DNA of 64,000 nucleotides from a virus, in IMG/VR virus record IMGVR_UViG_3300008113_000059, positions 1-64,000 of that record; one strand, given 5' to 3'. The notes under the pieces were generated by a model. That model made no database searches. It had not been told where the DNA came from and saw only the letters and a program-made list of their open reading frames with translations. Of the stretch, positions 48,718 to 56,765 are shown one piece after another (positions within the stretch are counted from its first letter, which is position 1; each line of letters begins with the position of its first letter). The translations under genes were made by a program, and so were the position numbers.

Positions 48718-49866
48718 ATGATCAATATTCTAGTAGATGGTAACTATATCTTTCATAAAACTTTTGGAGTTTTTGGTGGATATGGTAATGTGGATCCCGG
48801 TAAAATACTGAAGGATAAGAATGAGCAGGGTGCTTTTATAAGAAAAGTATCGACGGATCTCTGTTCGTCATTAAAGATGATTCCCCAGGGCGGAAGATTA
48901 ATATTCACTGCAGATAGCAGAAGCTGGAGAAAGGATGTGGAAATAGAGGATGGCGGGTATAAATCGGGAAGGGTTAAAGATGAAAATGTTGACTGGTCGA
49001 TATTTTTTGATCTCATGCAAGCATTTGGATCTCATCTAGAAAAGATGGGATTTATATTTTCTAAAGTTGAAGGAGCCGAAGGCGATGACTTACTTATGTA
49101 CTGGTCAGATTATTTTAATTCAAAGGGTGAAAGCTGTATTATTATAACTGGAGACAAGGATTTACATCAATTAGCAAATGTTTCAACCGGTGCATGGACA
49201 GCCATATGGAATAACAATTCAAAAAAGAATGTAATATCAGTTCCTAATGGGTGGAAAGAAACTTGGTTGGAAAAGAATGAGTCGGTAAACATATTTAATA
49301 TGGCATCCACCATATCTCCAGAGAAGGAGAGATTTAAAGACTTTTTGAAAAAAGTACAAATAGAGGATATACACAGCAAGCCTTTTATATTTAATAAAAT
49401 ACTTATTGGTGACAAAGGTGATTCTGTTCCTAGTGTTTGGTCATATGAACAAAACGGTAAAGTAGTAAACTTCACACAGAGAAAGGCAGATACTGTTTAT
49501 GAGGCATTTCTTGAATCCGAATGGTGTGATGAGCCATTCTCCACACTTATTAATTCCTCGGAAAGCGATGAATTTTTAAATTGGATAAGTGGATTGATTA
49601 TCAGGACATCCAAGGGAGTTGACAGCACGGAGAATAGAAATAAGGTAAAATCGAATATGCTTCGTAACTTTAAATTAATGTGGCTTGATTCTTCGATGAT
49701 ACCTGCATTTGTTGCTAACGGATGTAATGCAGAGATAAACAGAGGTATGTCAATGGAAAAAAAATCTGTATCATTGGACAGGATAAAAATCCTTGAAGGA
49801 ACCGAATGGGTCACTTCTGGATATCAGCCTAAAGGATTTGATCCATTCGAGAACTTTTTAAAATAA
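48718..49866 (+). CDS. rnh: 5'-3' exonuclease / T4 RNase H-like
   Basis: ILVDGN, SWRK...YK..R, EGDD, TGDKDLHQL, GDKGDSVP. Confidence 0.9.
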   Translation: MINILVDGNYIFHKTFGVFGGYGNVDPGKILKDKNEQGAFIRKVSTDLCSSLKMIPQGGRLIFTADSRSWRKDVEIEDGGYKSGRVKDENVDWSIFFDLMQAFGSHLEKMGFIFSKVEGAEGDDLLMYWSDYFNSKGESCIIITGDKDLHQLANVSTGAWTAIWNNNSKKNVISVPNGWKETWLEKNESVNIFNMASTISPEKERFKDFLKKVQIEDIHSKPFIFNKILIGDKGDSVPSVWSYEQNGKVVNFTQRKADTVYEAFLESEWCDEPFSTLINSSESDEFLNWISGLIIRTSKGVDSTENRNKVKSNMLRNFKLMWLDSSMIPAFVANGCNAEINRGMSMEKKSVSLDRIKILEGTEWVTSGYQPKGFDPFENFLK

Positions 49867-49872
49867 TAACGG

Positions 49873-50295
49873 ATGCAACTATTTGACATAGTAAAAAATA
49901 TATTTTCTACAAATACTAAAACTTGGAAATCAGTAGGGAAGATCGACAAGTCTAGAAATTTCTTTATGATAAATAGGATAATGGCTATACAATTCCCTAT
50001 ACAGGCTAATCAATTCAACAAGTTAAAAATATCCCCACCCCTTGTAGTTGACTGGTGGAGAGACACACTATCGCATAGATTTAGTAAACCTCCCACTTGG
50101 ATCTATACCAAAACAAAAAAATCGGATAAGATCGAGAAGGATGATTCTGCGAAGGATTATCCGGAGATAGAGAGGTTTATAAGGGAAAAATATAAAGTTA
50201 CTAGCAGGGATCTTTCTCAAATAAAGAAATTTTATCCGGATAGATATCAGGCATGGATCATTGATGTCGGCGAGCAAGTTGGTATCCAAAAATAG
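49873..50295 (+). CDS. Probable clamp loader small subunit (gp62-like)
   Basis: LFDIVK...FFMINRIMA...ANQFN...TWIYTKTKK; size and context fit. Confidence 0.5.
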   Translation: MQLFDIVKNIFSTNTKTWKSVGKIDKSRNFFMINRIMAIQFPIQANQFNKLKISPPLVVDWWRDTLSHRFSKPPTWIYTKTKKSDKIEKDDSAKDYPEIERFIREKYKVTSRDLSQIKKFYPDRYQAWIIDVGEQVGIQK

Positions 50296-50296
50296 A

Positions 50297-50304
50297 GATA
50301 TATA
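50297..50304 (+). promoter_or_regulatory. Putative late promoter GATATATA
   Basis: Only 5 nt before ATG 50310, so the transcript could be leaderless. Confidence 0.55.
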
Positions 50305-50309
50305 GAAAG

Positions 50310-50846
50310 ATGGGAAAAGGAAACAATAAACTTATAGATAAGGTAATTACCAGTTTGGATTGGGACTCTATTTACGAGGTCAATAAATGCTTCAAGCATG
50401 GTGTTGGTGACGGTATTTCTGCAATACCGGGTCTCAAAAGAAAATCATTCTCCGATGGGATAACAAAACTGGATATAAAGAACGAGCTAAAAAGTCTATT
50501 AAAATACGTTATAGACAATGATCTGAACGAGCTAATATATGGTTATTGGATGATATTTTGGACTAATGCCCAATGGTCGGAAGAATACCTTAATCAGTTG
50601 AAGGAGCAGATGGACGAAGAAGAGGATGATGACATTGATAATATTATATTAGATTCCACGCTGGAAGTAATATATTCACCGCAAAGAATTTGTGCTATTG
50701 AAAATTCACTACTAAAAGATTCGAAGAGCGAAGAATCCGACGAAATTAAACTGGAGATGATGCTAAGAAAAGCATTGGAGAAAGAACAATACGAGCTAGC
50801 ATCTAAAATAAGGGATGTTATAAAGTTGCAAAATAACAACGAGTAA
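50310..50846 (+). CDS. Hypothetical protein with C-terminal UvrB/UvrC (UVR) motif
   Basis: LEMMLRKALEKEQYELASKIRDVI. Confidence 0.75.
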   Translation: MGKGNNKLIDKVITSLDWDSIYEVNKCFKHGVGDGISAIPGLKRKSFSDGITKLDIKNELKSLLKYVIDNDLNELIYGYWMIFWTNAQWSEEYLNQLKEQMDEEEDDDIDNIILDSTLEVIYSPQRICAIENSLLKDSKSEESDEIKLEMMLRKALEKEQYELASKIRDVIKLQNNNE

Positions 50847-50849
50847 TCG

Positions 50850-50857
50850 GATACATA
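50850..50857 (+). promoter_or_regulatory. Putative late promoter variant GATACATA
   Basis: One mismatch to the consensus, 5 nt before ATG 50863. Confidence 0.45.
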
Positions 50858-50862
50858 CATTA

Positions 50863-51342
50863 ATGAAATATGTAAAATCTATAAACGAATTTGATTCTAA
50901 TGCCTTTGGAGATAGCTACGGGTATGGAAGTGCTAATGGTGTATTTAAAATAAACTATAAGCCATTTGCCGATCTTTCGGTTTCAGTTGGATCCGATCCC
51001 AATATGGAAAGAACAGTGAAAGGATCTGAATTCCAGCTGGGTGATGTTGTTATAGGACAGCCTCTCGATTCAAAAAGAAAGGTTATCGGAGTTATAGTTA
51101 GATCATTTAGAAATCCCGATAATAAAGCTTATAGATATTTTATACAAGTTTACAATAAGGGTAAAAAGACCGAAAGAGTAATTGAAATAAAATCAAATGC
51201 TATAGAATTTGCGGAGGGTGGAGATCACGGTAATACAGAAACTAAAGCAAGCGATAAAAACAATACCTCGGTAGGCTCTGCATTTAATTCCAAGACCGTA
51301 TACAGTTCAAGCGAACTTGGTTTGGAAACTACCGGTGGATAA
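50863..51342 (+). CDS. Putative head-internal protein
   Basis: N-terminus MKYVKSINEF resembles a capsid-targeting sequence; SH3-like FQLGDVV segment. Confidence 0.65.
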   Translation: MKYVKSINEFDSNAFGDSYGYGSANGVFKINYKPFADLSVSVGSDPNMERTVKGSEFQLGDVVIGQPLDSKRKVIGVIVRSFRNPDNKAYRYFIQVYNKGKKTERVIEIKSNAIEFAEGGDHGNTETKASDKNNTSVGSAFNSKTVYSSSELGLETTGG

Positions 51343-51350
51343 TTTATTAG

Positions 51351-51377
51351 GAAACTAATTTCCACAAATCGGATACA
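51351..51377 (+). promoter_or_regulatory. Putative middle promoter GAAAC-N17-ATACA
   Basis: Recurrent motif; upstream of ATG 51395. Confidence 0.6.
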
Positions 51378-51394
51378 AAGAATAAACGTATCCA

Positions 51395-52297
51395 ATGATA
51401 TCAGGCACCAATCAACCGAATATTTCTTATTTAGGACTCCCAAAGGGGAGTATAAATGGTGAGTTTAGTATATCATCATATTCAGATATACTTTCCCTCA
51501 TTCTAGACGTCTGCATAATAAATTCGTCGATATCATCCAAAGTTATATGTTTGGATATAAATGAGCTTGATTTAAGCCCAGACTTTTTTCTTGATACCAT
51601 AGAAGAGGAAGATCCTGATATATCCGCCAGAATAAATGATATTAACGGGCTAATAAATAAGAACGATCTTAGGATATGCTTTTTTATAGGCAAGGATTAT
51701 TTCTTGGGAAGTCAGCTAGATCAGGTAAAAACAAGTACGGTAAGACTCCTTAATATACTATCATCAATATTGGATCTTCTTGGAGTCAATTATCCATCAA
51801 TTATAGTTAGAGTTGGTTCAGCTTATGGTAATAGAAGGAATACCATGAAGTCTTTCTGTGATAGAGTACTATTGCTAGATAAAACAACATCGGAAAAACT
51901 GTGCGTAATGAATGATGAAAAACCGAGTTTATTTTCCGTAACTGATCTTTTATCCGGCATTTACTACGAATCGGGAATACCATTATGCTTTAGATCCCTG
52001 CCCCATCAGTTTAATGCGGGTGGACTCAGTATAAGAGAAGCTTTATTTTTAGCAAGCTCCACATGGAAAAGAGGAGAGAGACCATTCTTTATTCACGGCG
52101 AATCATCCGATATAGATGCACATGGAATTTCTTTGTCACCAATACCTACAAATAAACTAACCAGAAGAATTCCAACTTTTGGTTTGGATTGTGATATTAT
52201 TATAGATTCTCCCGGCAGGGAATTGACATATATTGATTACGTCAAGAACCAGAAATCTCTTCCCCCCGTAGTAATAAATAAAATAATCAAGAAATAA
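51395..52297 (+). CDS. UV-damage endonuclease (UvsE/UvdE)-like protein with degenerate active site
   Basis: VGSAYG...FC...LCVMNDEKPSLFSVTDL...GIPLCF...EALFLASSTW matches the UvsE scaffold, but the metal ligands are substituted. Confidence 0.75.
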   Translation: MISGTNQPNISYLGLPKGSINGEFSISSYSDILSLILDVCIINSSISSKVICLDINELDLSPDFFLDTIEEEDPDISARINDINGLINKNDLRICFFIGKDYFLGSQLDQVKTSTVRLLNILSSILDLLGVNYPSIIVRVGSAYGNRRNTMKSFCDRVLLLDKTTSEKLCVMNDEKPSLFSVTDLLSGIYYESGIPLCFRSLPHQFNAGGLSIREALFLASSTWKRGERPFFIHGESSDIDAHGISLSPIPTNKLTRRIPTFGLDCDIIIDSPGRELTYIDYVKNQKSLPPVVINKIIKK

Positions 52298-52328
52298 TTT
52301 TTTATACCGTATATTGGTGTTATATTTG
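52293..52328 (+). promoter_or_regulatory. Putative early promoter, Bacteroidota type
   Basis: AATAATTTTTTA-N16-TATATTTG. Confidence 0.75.
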
Positions 52329-52342
52329 TAAAAAATAGATGG

Positions 52343-53044
52343 ATGTTTAAAAAAGAGGTTATACAGAAGTTCCTATATTTCGATGTTGAGACTGCTGGAG
52401 TTTATCCGACACTATCAGATTTGGAATCTGGTAATGATAGACTTTTTTCAATGTGGAAAAAAAGAGAGGATTATTATAGAGGAGCATATCCAGCATTAGC
52501 TAATGAAGCTCCGGAGACGATATACAAACAGAAAGCTGGTTTGGAACCTGAATTTTCGAGAGTAGTGTGTGTTTCATTTGGGACATTCAATGACGACGGT
52601 GAGCAGAAGTTCATGTCATTTTCAGGAAGCGACGAGATTGATATACTTACCAAAACAAACAAGGTGCTTAATAATGCAATGGCAAAGAATTGGAAACTTT
52701 GTGGCCATAATATTAAGGGATTTGATGTACCATGCTTAGGTAAGAGAATGATCTATAATGGTATAAACCCTTCGGGTAATATACAAATCTGGGATAAGAA
52801 ACCATGGGAAGTTCCATATATGGATACATCGGAGATCTTTGCATTCGGGAGCTGGATTCAACAAAAGTATCTTAGCTTGGATCTTCTCACATGCTCGCTC
52901 GGTATAGATTCGCCAAAAGGAGACCTGGATGGCTCAAAAGTAAATGATACTTTTTGGGTAGAAAAGGATTATGAAAAAATATCAACCTATTGCGAAGCTG
53001 ATGTAAGAGCTGTCATGTTGGTCATGGAAAAGATCTGCTTCTAG
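52343..53044 (+). CDS. DEDDy 3'-5' exonuclease (PolB-exonuclease-like)
   Basis: YFDVET, GHNIKGFDVP, YCEADV. Confidence 0.9.
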   Translation: MFKKEVIQKFLYFDVETAGVYPTLSDLESGNDRLFSMWKKREDYYRGAYPALANEAPETIYKQKAGLEPEFSRVVCVSFGTFNDDGEQKFMSFSGSDEIDILTKTNKVLNNAMAKNWKLCGHNIKGFDVPCLGKRMIYNGINPSGNIQIWDKKPWEVPYMDTSEIFAFGSWIQQKYLSLDLLTCSLGIDSPKGDLDGSKVNDTFWVEKDYEKISTYCEADVRAVMLVMEKICF

Positions 53045-53085
53045 AATAAATATCGCAAACACCAAATACCTTAAAAGCTTTTCTG

Positions 53086-53093
53086 GATATATA
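53086..53093 (+). promoter_or_regulatory. Putative late promoter GATATATA
   Basis: 16 nt before GTG 53110. Confidence 0.7.
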
Positions 53094-53109
53094 AAGGAAA
53101 GCTTTTTCA

Positions 53110-53925
53110 GTGAACGAGGTATTACATTTTTCAGATTTTTTAAAAAACAAAGGGATTTCTCTAAATGAAAGGGAGATAAGCCCATTTTATCATGATGTAC
53201 TAAATCCTGTATTTTGGACAAAAAAGAAGGATAGAAGCGGTGATGTAAAATGGGTATTTGATCAGAGGGTCAGAAGAAAGCTACTTAGAATAGCAAAAGA
53301 ATTCTTTTCCAAATTTTCGGATGTTCTCAAGGAAAAAAATATAGTTGATATCCAACTTACTGGATCCCTATCAAATTTCAACTACACAGATTTTTCTGAT
53401 TTGGATGTTCATATCATAGTCGATCTGAAAGGTATAGATGATGACAATCCACAAATTCTAAAACTTGCAATAGATGGAATAAGATTCGTATGGAATCTTA
53501 GACATGATATAGTTATTAGAGGATATGACGTGGAGTTATATGTTCAGAATGAGGACGAACCCCACACTGCATCTGCTCTATTTTCTTTGCTTAATAACGA
53601 ATGGATCAAGAAACCTGTCTATGATCCACCAACGGTTGATGAGATGGACGTTGATAAAAAATATTATGGTATAGTGTCAGATATAGAAAACCTGCATTCT
53701 AGACTAATGATATCAGCAGATCTTCCCACAAATGCTAGACAGCTATATAAGCGATGTGTTAAGCTCAAGGATAAAATCCAGAAAATGAGAAAAGAAGGTT
53801 TAGCCAAAGGTGGAGAAATGTCCGTTGGTAATCTTGCATTTAAAAAACTAAGAAACGAGGGATATATAGAAAAATTGATTGATATTATATCAAAGTCATA
53901 CGATAGGATTTACACAGAAAAATAA
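53110..53925 (+). CDS. Pol-beta-superfamily nucleotidyltransferase
   Basis: LTGSLSNFNYTDFSDLDVHI (GS...DxD) plus YDVELY as third acidic site; C-terminal NLAFKKLR. Confidence 0.85.
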   Translation: MNEVLHFSDFLKNKGISLNEREISPFYHDVLNPVFWTKKKDRSGDVKWVFDQRVRRKLLRIAKEFFSKFSDVLKEKNIVDIQLTGSLSNFNYTDFSDLDVHIIVDLKGIDDDNPQILKLAIDGIRFVWNLRHDIVIRGYDVELYVQNEDEPHTASALFSLLNNEWIKKPVYDPPTVDEMDVDKKYYGIVSDIENLHSRLMISADLPTNARQLYKRCVKLKDKIQKMRKEGLAKGGEMSVGNLAFKKLRNEGYIEKLIDIISKSYDRIYTEK

Positions 53926-53933
53926 GTTAAATA

Positions 53934-56696
53934 ATGATCATATTATTACCAAAGACTACAGAATATAAGATAGGCGAAGATTTCCCATTTCTTACAATAC
54001 CATTAGGAATGGAAGGTGCTGAAAGCGCTTCTTTTGAAGATTTTCAGTGGTGGGCAGAATCATCAAAATTTCAAAATTGGTTAAAGGCTAATCCTAGACA
54101 ATGGGTAGCTGACTCTGAGGATTTTACGAAGTATGGCACTGTAGAACAGTATCTACGTGAATGCTATGGATATCAAATAGAGGATATAAATAATATTGAT
54201 ATTAACATCAATGAAAAGAATGGGGTCGTTTCATTTTCTGAGTTTTCTAAATTAAATGAAGTTGAGCCTGCTAAGGCCTCCGGTGGTAATGATGCTGAAC
54301 AAAGGGAAGCTATTAAATTTCACTTTGCGTATAATAAACTAAGATCTGAAGGTAAACTCGATGAAACCCTAACTGCTAATGAAATACCTGGTGGATCTGA
54401 TAAGGCTATATTTATTTGTGGTGAGGATCCTTCGACGGGGGAAAACATACTAGAAACATTAAAAGCACTTAGAGCTACTGGATTTGGCAAGCAATCGACT
54501 CAATCAAAAATAGCTCTTGTTAAAATATCCGAAATGGTTCCAGGTGGACCTATTGGTGACGATGAGACTACTGAGTCACTAACTCAAAAGATAGTTGAGG
54601 ATGCTACTATACTTGCTGCAATGGGTGGAGCTGGTGTGGTTCTATACGGAACACTTAAGTATGCGGGTGGAGCATTTGTTGGGAGAAAGTTATTAAAATC
54701 AATATCAGGATTTAGTCCTGCAGCTAGAGCAGCAGCAGAGGGTGCTAGATTAATTAAGATTGCAGAAACAGCTACAAAAGTAGCAGCGGAAGCCACAAAA
54801 GCGGCTAAGACAGCTTCAGAAATAGCAGAAGCAGTCAGATTAACTAAACTTGCTAAGGACGCAACACAAGCAGCAGAAGCAGCAAAACTATTAGCTGACG
54901 CTGAAAAGGCAGCTAAATGGACAACCAGGTTTAAATCTGGTACCACATCAACTATTAAAAGTCTATGGAGCGGTGCAAAGGATATTGCACTTCTTAAAAA
55001 TACTAGGATCATTGGATCAGCTATAGGAAGAGGAATAAGAGGAGCAAAAGCAGCATACACATTAGGTAAGGTTGGCGTGGGTGGTGCTTTAAAGGCATTT
55101 GGTAAAGGACTTACTAGAGGAGCTACACAAGGTGGTGCTAAAGCTATACCTTTCGTTGGTGAGGTACTTATGATTATTGATGCTGTTGGTTCTACTTGGA
55201 ATTGGTACAGTAGCAATCAGGCTCCTAGATTTGGCGAGGTAGAATCGTTTGCTCATAATGAGATGGATCCTAAGAAAATTCCTATTGGATTACCTATTAC
55301 TGTATGTTGGTCTCAGCCAGCAGGTGGTGGATGGGGAACAGCAGTAAGCTTCCTATTTAGTAATGAAACTAGAACAACTGCTGAGATCATAAAAATCGCA
55401 GATAAGGGAACTTCTTCAATATTCATCGTAACCCAGATCAATGCTAAAGCAATGCAGGCTCAACTTGCTGAGCATGATTTAGTGCTGATGTCTTTGGACA
55501 ATAATGATATTGTAAATGACCAAGACGGAATTTTAAATACACTTGCAAGAGTAGTAGATAACGAGGATCTTGATTTTAAAATATCATATGTTGATGGTAT
55601 TGATAAAATAGCAACGCTATTTAATTTTCAAGGAATGTGTGACTGGAGCGTATTTGCAACAGCATTACAAAATGCTTCGGATCAGCTTATAGTTTCCGAT
55701 ACCAGTGCTCCTGAAACATATGAATTCTATTATACCAATAAAGACAATGATATAATAAACGTATCAGGAAAATTACTAACTGATGAGGAATTAAGATCAA
55801 CAAATCCAACTGATTTGCAAAACATATTCTATGCTGACGAAAGCAACGAGCCATTCGGAAGGGAGAATAAGAGCGAAAAAGTTAAGGAATCAGAGTACAT
55901 TGAATATGATACAATATTAAACGAATCTGAAGTTATAACAAGCGTATCAGAATTTACTGATAGATCAATGGGTTTATTTGAGGATAAATCAGGTTCTAAA
56001 AATGCACCGGATGCAATTAAATTAACTCACGAGGAAAATTCGACACCAGCAGCAGTTGCAATATATTTAGTAACTGACAGGGAGTATGCAAATCCTGATC
56101 TTAGAAAATATAGAAATGGGCTATTCACAAACTTTACAATCGATCCTAAAGATTATGGAGCTAAAAAGGATCAACCTATATCTGTTGAGGTTAATACAGT
56201 CAGAGAGGAAATTGGATCTCCCAAGAGAGGAGTTTATGTGTTTACTAAACCTAAACCTGAAAAAGAGGAAGAGGATATCGTTGTAGTAGTTAATCCTATA
56301 ACTGATGAAGATAAGGATAAAGATAAAGACAAGGATAAAGAAAAGGATAAAGTTAGCGATGATTATTACATCAAAGTTGATCCGAAGGACGTCCAGGTAA
56401 AAGATAGAAGAAGCTCTACTATTATTAGGGATAATTCAGTTATTGGAGGTGTAAATCTTATTGATAAGTTCTTAACAGACAAGGAGAAAGAAATATTGGG
56501 TATTCAAAACTGGAAGGCCATAACATTCGCAAAAGCTCTTCAGGATAATAGAGGCGATGTAATAGAAGTTAAGCTTAAGAATAGATTTGCATCATTTGGA
56601 GATAAAACTAGAAGATATAGAATTACGGATGGTGAGGCATTCCAAATAGCTAAAAAGTTCTCCGGAGAAGTGGAAGATAGAATAAAATATGAATAA
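53934..56696 (+). CDS. Large putative virion/ejection protein with Gly/Ala-rich hydrophobic helices
   Basis: 920 aa; LAAMGGAGVVLYG, an Ala/Lys/Glu coiled coil, GGAKAIPFVGEVLMIIDAVG, INE/LNE sites and a DK repeat. Confidence 0.7.
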   Translation: MIILLPKTTEYKIGEDFPFLTIPLGMEGAESASFEDFQWWAESSKFQNWLKANPRQWVADSEDFTKYGTVEQYLRECYGYQIEDINNIDININEKNGVVSFSEFSKLNEVEPAKASGGNDAEQREAIKFHFAYNKLRSEGKLDETLTANEIPGGSDKAIFICGEDPSTGENILETLKALRATGFGKQSTQSKIALVKISEMVPGGPIGDDETTESLTQKIVEDATILAAMGGAGVVLYGTLKYAGGAFVGRKLLKSISGFSPAARAAAEGARLIKIAETATKVAAEATKAAKTASEIAEAVRLTKLAKDATQAAEAAKLLADAEKAAKWTTRFKSGTTSTIKSLWSGAKDIALLKNTRIIGSAIGRGIRGAKAAYTLGKVGVGGALKAFGKGLTRGATQGGAKAIPFVGEVLMIIDAVGSTWNWYSSNQAPRFGEVESFAHNEMDPKKIPIGLPITVCWSQPAGGGWGTAVSFLFSNETRTTAEIIKIADKGTSSIFIVTQINAKAMQAQLAEHDLVLMSLDNNDIVNDQDGILNTLARVVDNEDLDFKISYVDGIDKIATLFNFQGMCDWSVFATALQNASDQLIVSDTSAPETYEFYYTNKDNDIINVSGKLLTDEELRSTNPTDLQNIFYADESNEPFGRENKSEKVKESEYIEYDTILNESEVITSVSEFTDRSMGLFEDKSGSKNAPDAIKLTHEENSTPAAVAIYLVTDREYANPDLRKYRNGLFTNFTIDPKDYGAKKDQPISVEVNTVREEIGSPKRGVYVFTKPKPEKEEEDIVVVVNPITDEDKDKDKDKDKEKDKVSDDYYIKVDPKDVQVKDRRSSTIIRDNSVIGGVNLIDKFLTDKEKEILGIQNWKAITFAKALQDNRGDVIEVKLKNRFASFGDKTRRYRITDGEAFQIAKKFSGEVEDRIKYE

Positions 56697-56732
56697 TACC
56701 AAAAAAGATTAAAAAATCTCGATATCTCCATC

Positions 56733-56740
56733 GATATATA
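56733..56740 (+). promoter_or_regulatory. Putative late promoter GATATATA
   Basis: 25 nt before ATG 56766. Confidence 0.75.
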
Positions 56741-56765
56741 AGAAATATAAAAAGAAGATATAAAA

